A DNA stretch of 64,000 nucleotides, taken from contig CAITLU010000046.1 in NCBI GenBank assembly GCA_903893315.1, forward strand, positions 32,187 through 96,186. The letters run 5' to 3'. The DNA is from an uncultured bacterium. Its GTDB lineage: Bacteria; Desulfobacterota; Binatia; UBA1149; CAITLU01. Below are positions 19,844 through 29,725 of the stretch, piece after piece (position 1 is the stretch's first letter; each line of letters starts with the position of its first letter). Under the pieces are notes generated by a model. The model did no database searches. It was not told the origin of the DNA and saw nothing but the letters and a program-made list of their open reading frames with translations. The position numbers were made by a program, and so were the translations under genes.

Positions 19844-20683
19844 TCAGGACTCGTTCAATGCGCGGCGTACCGACAGCGCGTCGCGAAGCAACCGTGGTTC
19901 GTGGGTGCGCACGAAGGTCGCGCCACGTTCGACGGCGAACAGTTCCGCGCTGAGTGAAGCCGCGTCGCGACGGATAGCCGGGGTAGTGGCGCTGCCGCCG
20001 GCCAGCCGGCCGACGAACGATTTTCGCGAGACCGACACCAGCACCTCGCAGCCGTAGCGCGCATGCAGTTCGCTCAGTCGGCGCAGCACCAACACCGACG
20101 GAGCCGGCTCGGCGCCGAGAAAAAAACCCATGCCGGGATCCAGAATCACGCGCTCACGGTCGACGCCGGCAGCGGTCAATGCTGAAACTCTCTCGTCGAA
20201 GAACTGGAATATTCCCTCGAACACCGCAGCGGGATCGGTGGCTTCACGCGTGGCGCGCTCACCACGGCGGATCGAGTGCATCGCTATCAGGCGTGAATCC
20301 GAAGCGGCCAGCTCGCGGTAGAACTCCGGATCGGCGAAGCCTCGGATGTCGTTCAGGTAGGCGGCGCCTTCCGTAAGCACGAAGCGCTGCACCGGCGTGC
20401 GCCACGAATCGACGCTGACGGCAACGCCGCGAGCGACCAGGTCGCCGAGCACCGGTGCGAGACGACGAATTTCTTCTTCGGCCGAAACCGTCTTGGAATC
20501 GGGGTTGCTCGAAGCCGCTCCGAGGTCGACGACGTCGGCACCTTCCTCCACCAGGCGCAGCGCATGTTCGATCGCGGCGGCGGGATCCAGATAGCGCCCT
20601 CCGTCCGAAAACGAATCTTCGGTCAGATTGACGATGCCGAGAATCGTCACCTCGCGCTCGTCGATGCCGGCAGCGTTCGTCAT
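19844..20683 (-). CDS. folP: Dihydropteroate synthase, Sul-like
   Basis: Motifs GIVNLTEDSFSDGGRYL, DLGAASSNPD, YLNDIRGF, LDPGMGFFLG, SVSRKSF, RTHEPR; GAGGAG RBS. Confidence 0.93.
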   Translation of the reverse strand: MTNAAGIDEREVTILGIVNLTEDSFSDGGRYLDPAAAIEHALRLVEEGADVVDLGAASSNPDSKTVSAEEEIRRLAPVLGDLVARGVAVSVDSWRTPVQRFVLTEGAAYLNDIRGFADPEFYRELAASDSRLIAMHSIRRGERATREATDPAAVFEGIFQFFDERVSALTAAGVDRERVILDPGMGFFLGAEPAPSVLVLRRLSELHARYGCEVLVSVSRKSFVGRLAGGSATTPAIRRDAASLSAELFAVERGATFVRTHEPRLLRDALSVRRALNES

Positions 20684-20815
20684 TGCAGTTCTCCTCACCG
20701 TGCAGGCCTAGCAGCTTCGTGCGCGCGGCCTAAGCGCGAACGGACCGACGAACGCGGGAGACGCCCGGCAGGAACGTCGACGAGGACCCGGCGAGACGGC
20801 TCACGGCATCTCGCC

Positions 20816-21541
20816 TCAAAGAAGTTCGCGCGCCAGCAGCGCCACGCTCGACGCAGCCGACACCACCAACACCGCGGTGCGCGTACGGCCGGTATCGAGA
20901 AACCGCGCAGCGGAATGCGAAAGCGCGAAGCCCGACACGGCCCCACACATCAGCACCAACGAAGCCGCAGCATCCGACGCGGCCACTCGTCCGGCTACAG
21001 CCAACGCCACCAACGAGATCAGCCCCCCGACCACGAAGTTGACGGCAAGCACCGCCCTCAACGCGCGGCCCGGCAGGCTCTGGTAGACCAGAGCCAGTGG
21101 AGGGCCGCCGATCGACGAAGTCGTGTTCATGAAACCCGACATGACACCGGCCGTCACCAACGAGCGCCGGTTCATCGGAGGTTGCAGTCCCGACACGCTC
21201 ATCGTCACGGCGATCAGCACCAACGACCCGAGCAGGATATTGACGTCGTGAATCGGCAGCACCACGAGCGCGGCCGCGCCGGCTGCGCTGCCCGGCACAC
21301 GTCCGCAAAGAGTCCAGCCGATGCCCGCAGCCTCCAGGCCGTCGCGATCCCGCCACAGCACGAACACGCTCAGCGCAACGCCGGCGGCGATCAGCGGACC
21401 GGGAACCAGACGCGGATCGAGCAGGGCCAGAAGCGGAGCCGCGATCAATCCGGAACCGAAACCTACCGCCCCCTGCAAGACGCAGCCGACGACAACGACC
21501 AGGCAGGCAGCGGCCAGCACTGCGCCGGTAACCGGCTCCAT
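20816..21541 (-). CDS. TauE/SafE family (sulfite exporter-like) membrane protein
   Basis: Motifs QGAVGFGSGLIAAP and SGFMNTTSSIGGPP; multiple hydrophobic helices. Confidence 0.85.
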   Translation of the reverse strand: MEPVTGAVLAAACLVVVVGCVLQGAVGFGSGLIAAPLLALLDPRLVPGPLIAAGVALSVFVLWRDRDGLEAAGIGWTLCGRVPGSAAGAAALVVLPIHDVNILLGSLVLIAVTMSVSGLQPPMNRRSLVTAGVMSGFMNTTSSIGGPPLALVYQSLPGRALRAVLAVNFVVGGLISLVALAVAGRVAASDAAASLVLMCGAVSGFALSHSAARFLDTGRTRTAVLVVSAASSVALLARELL

Positions 21542-21562
21542 GCTAATTCCACCGAGGCGGCG

Positions 21563-21928
21563 TCAGACGCCGAAGAAGCTTTCCCACTTGACCACCAGCA
21601 GCATTCCGACGACAGCTTCCATCACGACGGCTCCGTAGTTGGTACCGGAGCCGCTTTCGTCGTGAACGATCGAGAACACACGCGCCGCGGCCGCACCGAA
21701 CCAGCCGAAGCCGAGCGCACGGAAGATGTCGGAATCCTGCGACATCAGGGCGTACAGCCCGACGGCCAGGAAAACCCCGCCGTAGGTGGCGCGGATCTCC
21801 GAAAGACCGCGCAGCCCGTCGGGCTGGATCGAAACCATGTTGGCGACCTTCATCGGCCACAGCAGCCCCAGCGCACCAAGCCCCACTGTGACCAGACCAC
21901 CCAAAGTATTGACGCTGACCGGCATCAT
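21563..21928 (-). CDS. Small membrane protein (DUF4345-like)
   Basis: SEIRATYGG motif and four hydrophobic segments. Confidence 0.7.
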   Translation of the reverse strand: MMPVSVNTLGGLVTVGLGALGLLWPMKVANMVSIQPDGLRGLSEIRATYGGVFLAVGLYALMSQDSDIFRALGFGWFGAAAARVFSIVHDESGSGTNYGAVVMEAVVGMLLVVKWESFFGV

Positions 21929-22162
21929 GTTCGCCTCTTCCTCCCGCGCGGCTCCGTATCACCGAAGACGGCGCGACTTGCGATGAGCGCTCCCTAGCAC
22001 CGGCGCACGGTCAGGGCACGCGCCGGGCGCTCGCTTCGAGCCCGCGACTCCTGAGTCCGGGCAAGGCTTGCGGGTTGCGCCCTCGCAGGCCGGGCGATAG
22101 TTGACCATCCATCACAGTTACGGGCGTCGCACAGCCCGCGCCGCACTCGACCGGAGGTTCCC

Positions 22163-23767
22163 ATGGCCAGGTACGCCTACGATCGTCTGACCGCCCTCGA
22201 CAACTCCTTTCTGATCCTGGAGAGGCCCAGCGCCTACATGCACGTCGCCTCCACCCTGGTGCTGGAGGCCGGCCCGCTGGCGAAGCCCGACGGCGGCATC
22301 GACGCCGACGCGATCAAGAACAGGATCGCCAGCGCTCTGCACCTGATTCCGCGCTACCGCCAGAAGCTCGCGTACGTCCCGTTCACCAATCAACCGGTGT
22401 GGGTCGATGACGATCACTTCAACCTCGACTATCACATCCGCCACTCGGCGCTTCCGCATCCGGGTTCGGACGATCAGCTGAAGCGTCTGTCGGCGCGCAT
22501 CATGCAGCAACACCTCGACCGAGGCCGACCGCTGTGGGAGATGTGGATCGTCGAAGGACTCTCGGGCGGACGCTTCGCCATCGTTTCGAAAGTCCACCAC
22601 TGCATGATCGACGGCGTCTCGGGCATGGACCTCCTCAAGATTCTGCTCAGCCCCTTTCCCGAGCACGAAGTCAGCGAGATCCCGCAGTTCATTCCGCGCC
22701 CTGCACCGTCGGGCGTCGAACTGCTCATCGACGAGGGCAGCCGCTGGATGCGGCTGCCCTACGACACCGCGCGCGACGTCGGCAGTTTCCTGCGCGCGGC
22801 CCAGAACACCCGGCGGGAAATCTTCACGCGCGTGCGTGCGGTGGCCGAAACCCTCGGCGCCTCGCTCAGCACCGCGTCGTCCACACCGATCAACGCCGAC
22901 ATCGGACCTCACCGGCGCTTCGACTGGCACGTGATGGACCTCGCCGAGATCAAGACCATCCGCAAGGGCCTCGGCGGATCGCTCAACGACATCGTGCTGA
23001 CGGTCGTGACCGGCGCGGTACGGCGCTTCCTGCAGCGCCGCTTCGTGGATCCGGGCCGCATCGACTTTCGCGTACTGGCTCCTGTCAGCGTGCGTCACGA
23101 GGACGAGCGCGGATCACTCGGCAACCGCGTTTCAGCCTGGGTGGTGGATTTGCCGGTCGGTGAAGAAGATCCGCGCCGCCAGCTCGAACTGATCAGCAAG
23201 ACAACCGCGGAGTTGAAAGCCTCGCGCCGCGCGGTCGGCGCCGAAGTGCTCACACAGGTCGCAGAGTGGACACCGTCGACTCTGCTGTCACTGGCAGGTC
23301 GCAACATGACGCGCCTGCTGCCTTTCAACATGGTGGTCACCAACGTGCCCGGGCCGCAGTTCCCGATGTACATGCTCGGCGCCAAACTGCTCGACACCTT
23401 TCCGCACGTTCCGCTGATGGACAACCTCGGACTCGGCATCGCGCTGCTCAGCTACAACGGCAAGCTGTGCTGGGGCTTCAACGCTGACTACGACCTGGTG
23501 CCCGACCTGTCGGCCTTCGTGCGCGCGATCCGCGAGTCGTTCGAGGAACTGCGCAGGCTCAGCCAGGCGGCGATGGCGGCGATTCCGGCCGTCGAAGAGC
23601 CCGCGCTGCCGGAGCCTGGCGCGGGCATCGGCGCGTTGATCGGAGATCACCCGGACCAGGACAAGACCGCAGTTGCCGAGGCCGTGACCGAACCGGCCGC
23701 CGCCCCGCGGCGAACCAGGAAGGCCGCAGGGACGGCACGCGGCGGCAATCCCATCCTGCATTCGTAA
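22163..23767 (+). CDS. Wax ester synthase / diacylglycerol acyltransferase (WS/DGAT)
   Basis: Motifs RLTALDNSFL, LDRGRPLWE, KVHHCMIDG (HHxxxDG), GNRVS, TNVPGP; GGAGG RBS. Confidence 0.93.
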   Translation: MARYAYDRLTALDNSFLILERPSAYMHVASTLVLEAGPLAKPDGGIDADAIKNRIASALHLIPRYRQKLAYVPFTNQPVWVDDDHFNLDYHIRHSALPHPGSDDQLKRLSARIMQQHLDRGRPLWEMWIVEGLSGGRFAIVSKVHHCMIDGVSGMDLLKILLSPFPEHEVSEIPQFIPRPAPSGVELLIDEGSRWMRLPYDTARDVGSFLRAAQNTRREIFTRVRAVAETLGASLSTASSTPINADIGPHRRFDWHVMDLAEIKTIRKGLGGSLNDIVLTVVTGAVRRFLQRRFVDPGRIDFRVLAPVSVRHEDERGSLGNRVSAWVVDLPVGEEDPRRQLELISKTTAELKASRRAVGAEVLTQVAEWTPSTLLSLAGRNMTRLLPFNMVVTNVPGPQFPMYMLGAKLLDTFPHVPLMDNLGLGIALLSYNGKLCWGFNADYDLVPDLSAFVRAIRESFEELRRLSQAAMAAIPAVEEPALPEPGAGIGALIGDHPDQDKTAVAEAVTEPAAAPRRTRKAAGTARGGNPILHS

Positions 23768-23899
23768 GAAACGCAGAGGCACTGCTGTCCTCGGGAAATC
23801 GCGTCGGGCAAGTTGGCCAAGATGTCCGAAGCGGCGACCAGGCAAGACAAACTGGCGGCTGAGCCGGTCGTGCTTAATCTGAAGCAGACCAGGTCTTCC

Positions 23900-25096
23900 G
23901 TGAGTCAGGTTGAAGGTTTCATACACCCCGACTTCTGGTCGGTGGCGCGGCTCTTCAAGTCGCTGGTTCCCGACAAGGAACCCGGCGGCGCTGCCCTGTG
24001 CATCTACCACCGGGGGCGCAAGGTCGTCGATCTTTGGGGCGGAACCTCCGACACCAAAGGAACGTCCTGGAAGACCGACACCGCGTCGATCTCTTACTCC
24101 ACCACCAAGGGCGTCGCCTCGACGCTGCTTCACACGCTGGTCGACGAAGGCCTGCTCGACTACGACGAGCCGGTATCCAAGCACTGGCCCGAATTCGCGC
24201 ACTCCGGCAAGGCAGCCATCACAATCCGGCAGGTGATGTGCCACGAGGCCGGGCTCTACGACATCCGCAGCATGATCGACCACGCCAGTCGCATGCTCGA
24301 CTGGGACTACATGATCAGAGCCCTGGAGGCCGCCCACCCGGCTCACGAACCGGGCAAGGCGCACGGCTACCACGGCCTCACCTACGGCCATATCGTCGGT
24401 GAACTCATCCAGCGGGTGACCGGCAAGCCTTTCGCTCAGGTTCTCGAAGAAAAGCTGTCGCGGCCGCTCGGTCTCGAAGGCATGTTCGTCGGACTTCCCG
24501 CCGACCAGAGCCATCGCAAGGCCACTCTGATACTGTCCGGAATCCAGGGCGGCGAAGGCCGCGCCGATCGCTATCGTGGCTACCTCGGCACCGTCAACCG
24601 CTGGCTGCGCATGGTGGGTGTCCCGATCGATCTGCGCGAAGCCGAGAAAGCGCTGATCCCGCACGGCATCGACCAGCTGGACTGGAACTCGCCGGAGTTC
24701 GCCGCCGCGTCCATCCCGTCGGCCAACGGCGTCTTCACCGCGCGCTCGCTGGCGCGCCTCTACGCTGCGCTGGCAGCAGGAGGCGAACTCGACGGCGTGC
24801 GCATCCTTTCCGAACGAACCTTGTTCCGCGCGGCCACCGTCCAGAATCGCACCGTCGACCGGGTAATTCCCTTCCCGATGCACTGGCGGCTCGGCTACCA
24901 CCGCCCTTTCATGCTCGGACCCAGCGTGCGTCATGCCATCGGACATTTCGGCTTCGGCGGCTCCGGAGGCTGGGCCGATCTCGACCGCAACCTGTCGGTA
25001 GCGCTGACGCTCAACAGCGGCGTCGGCACACCGGTCGGCGATCTGCGCATCATCCGCGTCAGTACCACGGCGGCGCGCTGCGCGGACCGGCGCTGA
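23900..25096 (+). CDS. Serine hydrolase, class C beta-lactamase/esterase family
   Basis: Motifs YSTTKG (SxxK), HEAGL, PGKAHGYHGLTYG, GHFGFGGS; start uncertain (23813-23900). Confidence 0.85.
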   Translation: MSQVEGFIHPDFWSVARLFKSLVPDKEPGGAALCIYHRGRKVVDLWGGTSDTKGTSWKTDTASISYSTTKGVASTLLHTLVDEGLLDYDEPVSKHWPEFAHSGKAAITIRQVMCHEAGLYDIRSMIDHASRMLDWDYMIRALEAAHPAHEPGKAHGYHGLTYGHIVGELIQRVTGKPFAQVLEEKLSRPLGLEGMFVGLPADQSHRKATLILSGIQGGEGRADRYRGYLGTVNRWLRMVGVPIDLREAEKALIPHGIDQLDWNSPEFAAASIPSANGVFTARSLARLYAALAAGGELDGVRILSERTLFRAATVQNRTVDRVIPFPMHWRLGYHRPFMLGPSVRHAIGHFGFGGSGGWADLDRNLSVALTLNSGVGTPVGDLRIIRVSTTAARCADRR

Positions 25097-25210
25097 AGCA
25101 GGCAGAACTGCGGACTCCCCAATCAAACGGGTCCGCACGATCCAACAACGATCGGGAGAGAACGCCGGCTCACCGGCTTTCTCCGCTTCAAGCCGCTTGA
25201 GGTAGCCGCA

Positions 25211-27136
25211 TCACGGACTCGTCGGCGCGGCGGTTTTTTTCTTCTGCGAAACGGCCCAGGCCAGATTGTTCTTTGCGAGCGCAAAGTCCGGCTTCAGGCG
25301 AATAGCTTCCTGGCAGGCACCGATCGCTTCATCCCACCGCGACATCGAATTGTACGCGGCTCCGATGTTGTTCCAGGCCTCGGCATATTCTGGCAGCGAC
25401 TTCAGCGCTTCGCGCGCCGCGGTTATGGACTCTTCGAACTTTCCCTGTTGGTAAAGCGCGAGCGACTTGTCGAGCGACGGCTTCGCTTCCGGCGCCTCCG
25501 ATGTCGTCATCTGCGGGTCGTCGATGCGATAGATTTCCGCCAGATTGTCCCGATAGACCGCGTGAAAAGGCGGCCGCTTCAACTCGTCGTAGCGGCCCAC
25601 CCGCGCGGCTCGCAGCACGAGGAAGTACGAATCGAAGGCCCGCGTCAGTGCCGGCCCGTCCAGTCGGTCGACTTGCCGACGGGCGCGCTCGAGTTGCCGC
25701 GCCTTCTGCTCGTCGAAGCGGACGGAGTAGGTGGGGTCGAGGCCCCACAGGTAATGCTGTCGCGGCGCTGAATAGAATAGATCCGGAAAGTCGTCCCACC
25801 AGAGGTTGATGACCGTCTCGCCCGGCGCAAGGTGGCTGGCCATCCAGGCGCCGGCGCCGTCGAAGAAGCGCGGCGGCGAACTCACCGACTCGTACGAACT
25901 GTAGTAGTCGAGTGAGCGGACGTGAAAACCGACCAGCAGCGCAAGTGCAGCCGCGGCACCCAGCGCGCGCCATCGTCGCCCTCGTGGCACCCAGCGTGGC
26001 AGGCCTCCGTCCGGGCTCCGCGCCAGGTCGCGCACCACCAGCCCGGCGGAAACCGCGAGCAGCAACGCAAGGTACTCGACGAAGCGTGCCGAAAGCGCCG
26101 TCATCGCTGCCCACAGAAGCGTGGCCAGTACGACGCCCTTGGTTTCGGCCGCGACACGACGCCAGCGCAGCGCGACCGTGAGCACGACAACCGGCAGCAG
26201 CATCACGAGCAGCGGGTAGATGTCGAAGAAAACCGCCAGCGAGTAGGGGTAGATCTCGTTGCCGAGTTCGAAGCCCGACTGGTTAACGCCGGTCATTCCC
26301 ATGCCGAAGATCTGTATGTAGGTGAAGAAGGTCTCCAGTGTCAGCGGCGAGTAAGGGTGGATCACCAGGCCGACCGTGGCACCGAGCCCGGCGGCAGCGA
26401 CGGAGCGCCAATCCAGTCCTCCCCTTCCGAGCCAGCGGCCCAGTGCCAGCGGCGCTGCGGTGAGCACCAGAACGAACGGCACCGTGTAGGACCAGGCATA
26501 CACGAACCCCAGCACTCCCACGGCGCGCCACCGGCGCTGCAGCAGGAAGTGCACGCCGATCAACAGCAGCGCCATGCTCAGTACGTGGGAGCGAATCATG
26601 CCGAGCCGCGCCAGGAAGAGCGCGCCCGTGGCCAGCGGCAGCGCCGCGAACCACGTGGGCCAAGGCACGGCGTGAGCCCGCATCAGCCAGAGCAGTATCG
26701 CCACAACGGACGCGGACAGCAGCGCACCGAAAATACGCGCGCCCGTGATGGGCTGGTCCCCGATCTCGGCGAAGGGCGCCATCGCGACGTGGTAGAGAAC
26801 CTCCTTGTCGCAGTAGCCATCCTTCCAAGTTGAGACCTGCGTCCAGGGAAAGCTCCGCGAGAAACCCCGCTCCGCAACCATCTGCGCCAGCCGCGCGTGG
26901 TAGTAACCGTCACGCTCAAAAAGACCACGTTGCAGGAGTGCCGTCCCCGCATAGAACGCGAGGACGTAGATCAGAAGCGCCGCCGGCGCTGCGCGGGCGA
27001 TACGGCGCAACCGAGGCGGGAATGACGCAGGAACCTTCCAGTCGCGAAGCGCGCCCACGCAGGGACTATCAGCGTGCGACCAAGGGGAGTCAATCGTTGC
27101 CTCCGTTGCATCGAGGAAAGGCGGCGTGAAGCTCAA
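25211..27136 (-). CDS. Polytopic GT-C/STT3-like membrane protein with C-terminal TPR repeats
   Basis: About 11-13 hydrophobic helices; DGYYH in the first loop, ELGNE, SARF, WWDDF in the soluble domain; TPR ending LAKNNLAWA. True start probably slightly downstream. Confidence 0.65.
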   Translation of the reverse strand: MSFTPPFLDATEATIDSPWSHADSPCVGALRDWKVPASFPPRLRRIARAAPAALLIYVLAFYAGTALLQRGLFERDGYYHARLAQMVAERGFSRSFPWTQVSTWKDGYCDKEVLYHVAMAPFAEIGDQPITGARIFGALLSASVVAILLWLMRAHAVPWPTWFAALPLATGALFLARLGMIRSHVLSMALLLIGVHFLLQRRWRAVGVLGFVYAWSYTVPFVLVLTAAPLALGRWLGRGGLDWRSVAAAGLGATVGLVIHPYSPLTLETFFTYIQIFGMGMTGVNQSGFELGNEIYPYSLAVFFDIYPLLVMLLPVVVLTVALRWRRVAAETKGVVLATLLWAAMTALSARFVEYLALLLAVSAGLVVRDLARSPDGGLPRWVPRGRRWRALGAAAALALLVGFHVRSLDYYSSYESVSSPPRFFDGAGAWMASHLAPGETVINLWWDDFPDLFYSAPRQHYLWGLDPTYSVRFDEQKARQLERARRQVDRLDGPALTRAFDSYFLVLRAARVGRYDELKRPPFHAVYRDNLAEIYRIDDPQMTTSEAPEAKPSLDKSLALYQQGKFEESITAAREALKSLPEYAEAWNNIGAAYNSMSRWDEAIGACQEAIRLKPDFALAKNNLAWAVSQKKKTAAPTSP

Positions 27137-27223
27137 AGTATCGCAGAGGCGGGAACCGCCAGTTCACGTGCCGTGAATGCTACTGCCGTGAACTCTGCCT
27201 ACACTCGTGAAGTGCGCGCAGTC

Positions 27224-28483
27224 GTGAAGCTCTCGGTGTTCCTGCTGTCAGCCGTGTGGCTCGTCTCCTCGACAGCATGGGGCGACCAGGCAGCGGATGA
27301 GACTCAGGCGTATGCCGTGCGCGGCAGGACGACGGAGGCTCACCAACGCGAACTCAGAGAGCGCCTGGAGCGCGTTCATGCCGCGCTCTCCAGGGAATTG
27401 CAGCGCGCTGCGCCGGACCTGCTCCCGCTTCTCGAGCCACCACCGCCGGGCGCCGTCATCGGGTACCAGATTCTTCCGCGCGTCACCTCGGATGTCGCGC
27501 CGCCGCCGCCCGCCAAACCACACGTGGTCAGCTATAGCTGGCCGTGGAGCGACACGCTGATCGCGCGAGAGATCGCCGCGCTCGACCCTCTCGAAGCCGA
27601 TCTCGCGGCACTCCCTGCGCCACCGGCGACCGCAGACCACGCCAGGTACGAGTCGCTCGTCACCAACTACAAGAAGGCCATCGAGCGCCGCCGCCCGATC
27701 GACGCTGACGTCGGCTACAACCGTCTCTGGCAAGCGGAGATCGCGCACAACCGGCCGCGCTTCGACCGGAACACGACGCTGATCGATGCCGTGGTCGAGC
27801 GGCAGAAACAGGAACCTGACGCGGCCGCTTCCCTGTCGAAGGAGATTCTTGCCGCTGCTGGTGGAGTAAGTCTTCCCGACTACGTGAAGATCGAACATCC
27901 GACAGAGCATGAGTGGGCGGTCACCGTACCGCTTGTCACCGACGTCACTGACCCGGAATTCATCGGCAAGTTCAAGGCCGCTGTCGAGGACGCGTGGCAC
28001 GTCCATGAAGGTGACGACGAGTTCCGCGTGCGACTCGCCATTGATCTGATCTCACCCGTGAAACTGTACTGCGATAGTCCTGGTGTTGCCGCGGCACCGA
28101 CGCCGCCGACAAAAGAGTGCGCGCCACCCAAGACTGGCGACCCAGTGGATGCCGGCGCCCACGTCGCGCGCTTTCCCGCCGGCCGCGCCGTCCTCACCAC
28201 TGGAGCGGCCACGCTTCACGTCATGGGTGGCCGAGCTATCATGCTGGCCTCGCACGACGTTGCACCGCGACTGTTCGCGCACGAGTTCGGCCACGTTCTC
28301 GGATTTCCCGACCTCTATCTGCGCGGTTACCGCGATGTCGGGAATGACGGATTTCAGGTGATGGAACTGGTCCCGGATCCCGCCGACATCATGTCCAGCC
28401 CCGGCGCGGGAACTGTCCTCGTCAGGCACTTCCAGGAAATGATCGCCGCAAGAGAAGTTCAGTCAGCGAGGTCAGGCCACTGA
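27224..28483 (+). CDS. Secreted zinc metallopeptidase-like protein
   Basis: Signal peptide MKLSVFLLSAVWLVSSTAWG; HEFGHVLGFPD (HExxHxxGxxD) followed by DIMS (Met-turn-like). Confidence 0.7.
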   Translation: MKLSVFLLSAVWLVSSTAWGDQAADETQAYAVRGRTTEAHQRELRERLERVHAALSRELQRAAPDLLPLLEPPPPGAVIGYQILPRVTSDVAPPPPAKPHVVSYSWPWSDTLIAREIAALDPLEADLAALPAPPATADHARYESLVTNYKKAIERRRPIDADVGYNRLWQAEIAHNRPRFDRNTTLIDAVVERQKQEPDAAASLSKEILAAAGGVSLPDYVKIEHPTEHEWAVTVPLVTDVTDPEFIGKFKAAVEDAWHVHEGDDEFRVRLAIDLISPVKLYCDSPGVAAAPTPPTKECAPPKTGDPVDAGAHVARFPAGRAVLTTGAATLHVMGGRAIMLASHDVAPRLFAHEFGHVLGFPDLYLRGYRDVGNDGFQVMELVPDPADIMSSPGAGTVLVRHFQEMIAAREVQSARSGH

Positions 28484-28543
28484 CACAGGCAGCGATGGAC
28501 GCCTTGCGTACGTGGCAGCCCTGTCGTCCATCGCGCCCGCTGC

Positions 28544-29251
28544 TCACCGGGCCCTTGCCGCGCCGGACTTCAATTGCTGCTCCTTCATCCACGCCAGGTT
28601 GTTCCTGGCGAGCGCGAAATCCGGGCGCAGACGAAGCGCCTCCTGGGTGTTACGGATCGCTTCCTCCCAGAGTTGAAGCCGGGCTGCGCAGAAGCCGACG
28701 TTGTTGAAGGCTTCGGCCAGAGTCGGATCCGCTTTGGCCGCCTGCGAGGCCGTGTCCATACATTCCTTGAAACGCCCGGCCTGGGAATCTTCCAACGACC
28801 GGTTGAGCAGTTCGCTCGCGCTGGGAGGCGGAGGCACGAACGCTTTCGCTTTCTCCCGCTGGATCCACGCGAGGTTGTTCTTCGCCAGCTCAAAATCTGC
28901 CCTGAGCCTGATCGCCTCCTGAGCCGCCACAATCCCGTCGTCGTAGCGGCCAAGCGCCAGATACGACACTGCCAGGTTGTTGTAGGCGTCCGCCGAATCC
29001 GGATTCAGCGCGAGCGCGGCCTTCGCCGAGGCAATCGCGTCCGCGTATTTACCGGCTTGATACTGCTGGAAAGAACTCTGCAGCGCGTCACTTGGAGGAG
29101 CCGACTTGACGACCTCGGGCCCTTCTCCGTGATTCGCGACCCAGAGCGCGCACACCGCAGTCACCACGACGACGAGCGCCGTCACCCAAGGCCAGACTTG
29201 CGTGTCCCAAAGCCCGTCACTTGCACCGGGTTGATTTGCGTCCTCAGTCAT
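28544..29251 (-). CDS. Membrane-anchored TPR protein
   Basis: N-terminal transmembrane helix; two ~70-aa TPR modules each ending LA[KR]NNLAW. Confidence 0.8.
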   Translation of the reverse strand: MTEDANQPGASDGLWDTQVWPWVTALVVVVTAVCALWVANHGEGPEVVKSAPPSDALQSSFQQYQAGKYADAIASAKAALALNPDSADAYNNLAVSYLALGRYDDGIVAAQEAIRLRADFELAKNNLAWIQREKAKAFVPPPPSASELLNRSLEDSQAGRFKECMDTASQAAKADPTLAEAFNNVGFCAARLQLWEEAIRNTQEALRLRPDFALARNNLAWMKEQQLKSGAARAR

Positions 29252-29725
29252 TGCTGGATCCCCCTCTGCTTGGATACCGTTAACTTGCGCCATGACTCGG
29301 CAAGCGGCCGCCGTTTCCGCTTTGCCGCGAAGCCAATCTACGCCGATGGCCGCGGCCGCACCATGCCGGCACTGCCAATTGCTCATTCTGGTGTCGGCCG
29401 GCCGGGAAGCACAAGCCGGCGCGCACGCGCATATTCAGTCGTCATCCCGATACGTCGGCCGAAGATCGCTCCCCGGCGTCTGAATCAGCAGAACCAGTGG
29501 ATCTTGCGCGCGGCGCAGAAGCCCCGCGAGAATTTCGCCGCCCCACAGCGATCCCGGCGCGCTTGAGGCAGCAGCAGTTTTTCCGCGTGAGCCGACAAAG
29601 TCCGGAAGAATTGTCGATGCCAATGCGCAGCTATTCGGGCGTACGTCGGATCGCGCTACTGCTTGCAGAGTGCCCGCACGGCAAAGTCATGCTTGCCGCC
29701 GACGTCGGCTGATCGCGCCTTTCCT

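Noticed and set aside
23900..25096. Beta-lactam resistance gene
   Set aside because: SxxK fold only; motifs and the WS/DGAT neighbour fit a family VIII esterase/lipase, and there is no signal peptide.
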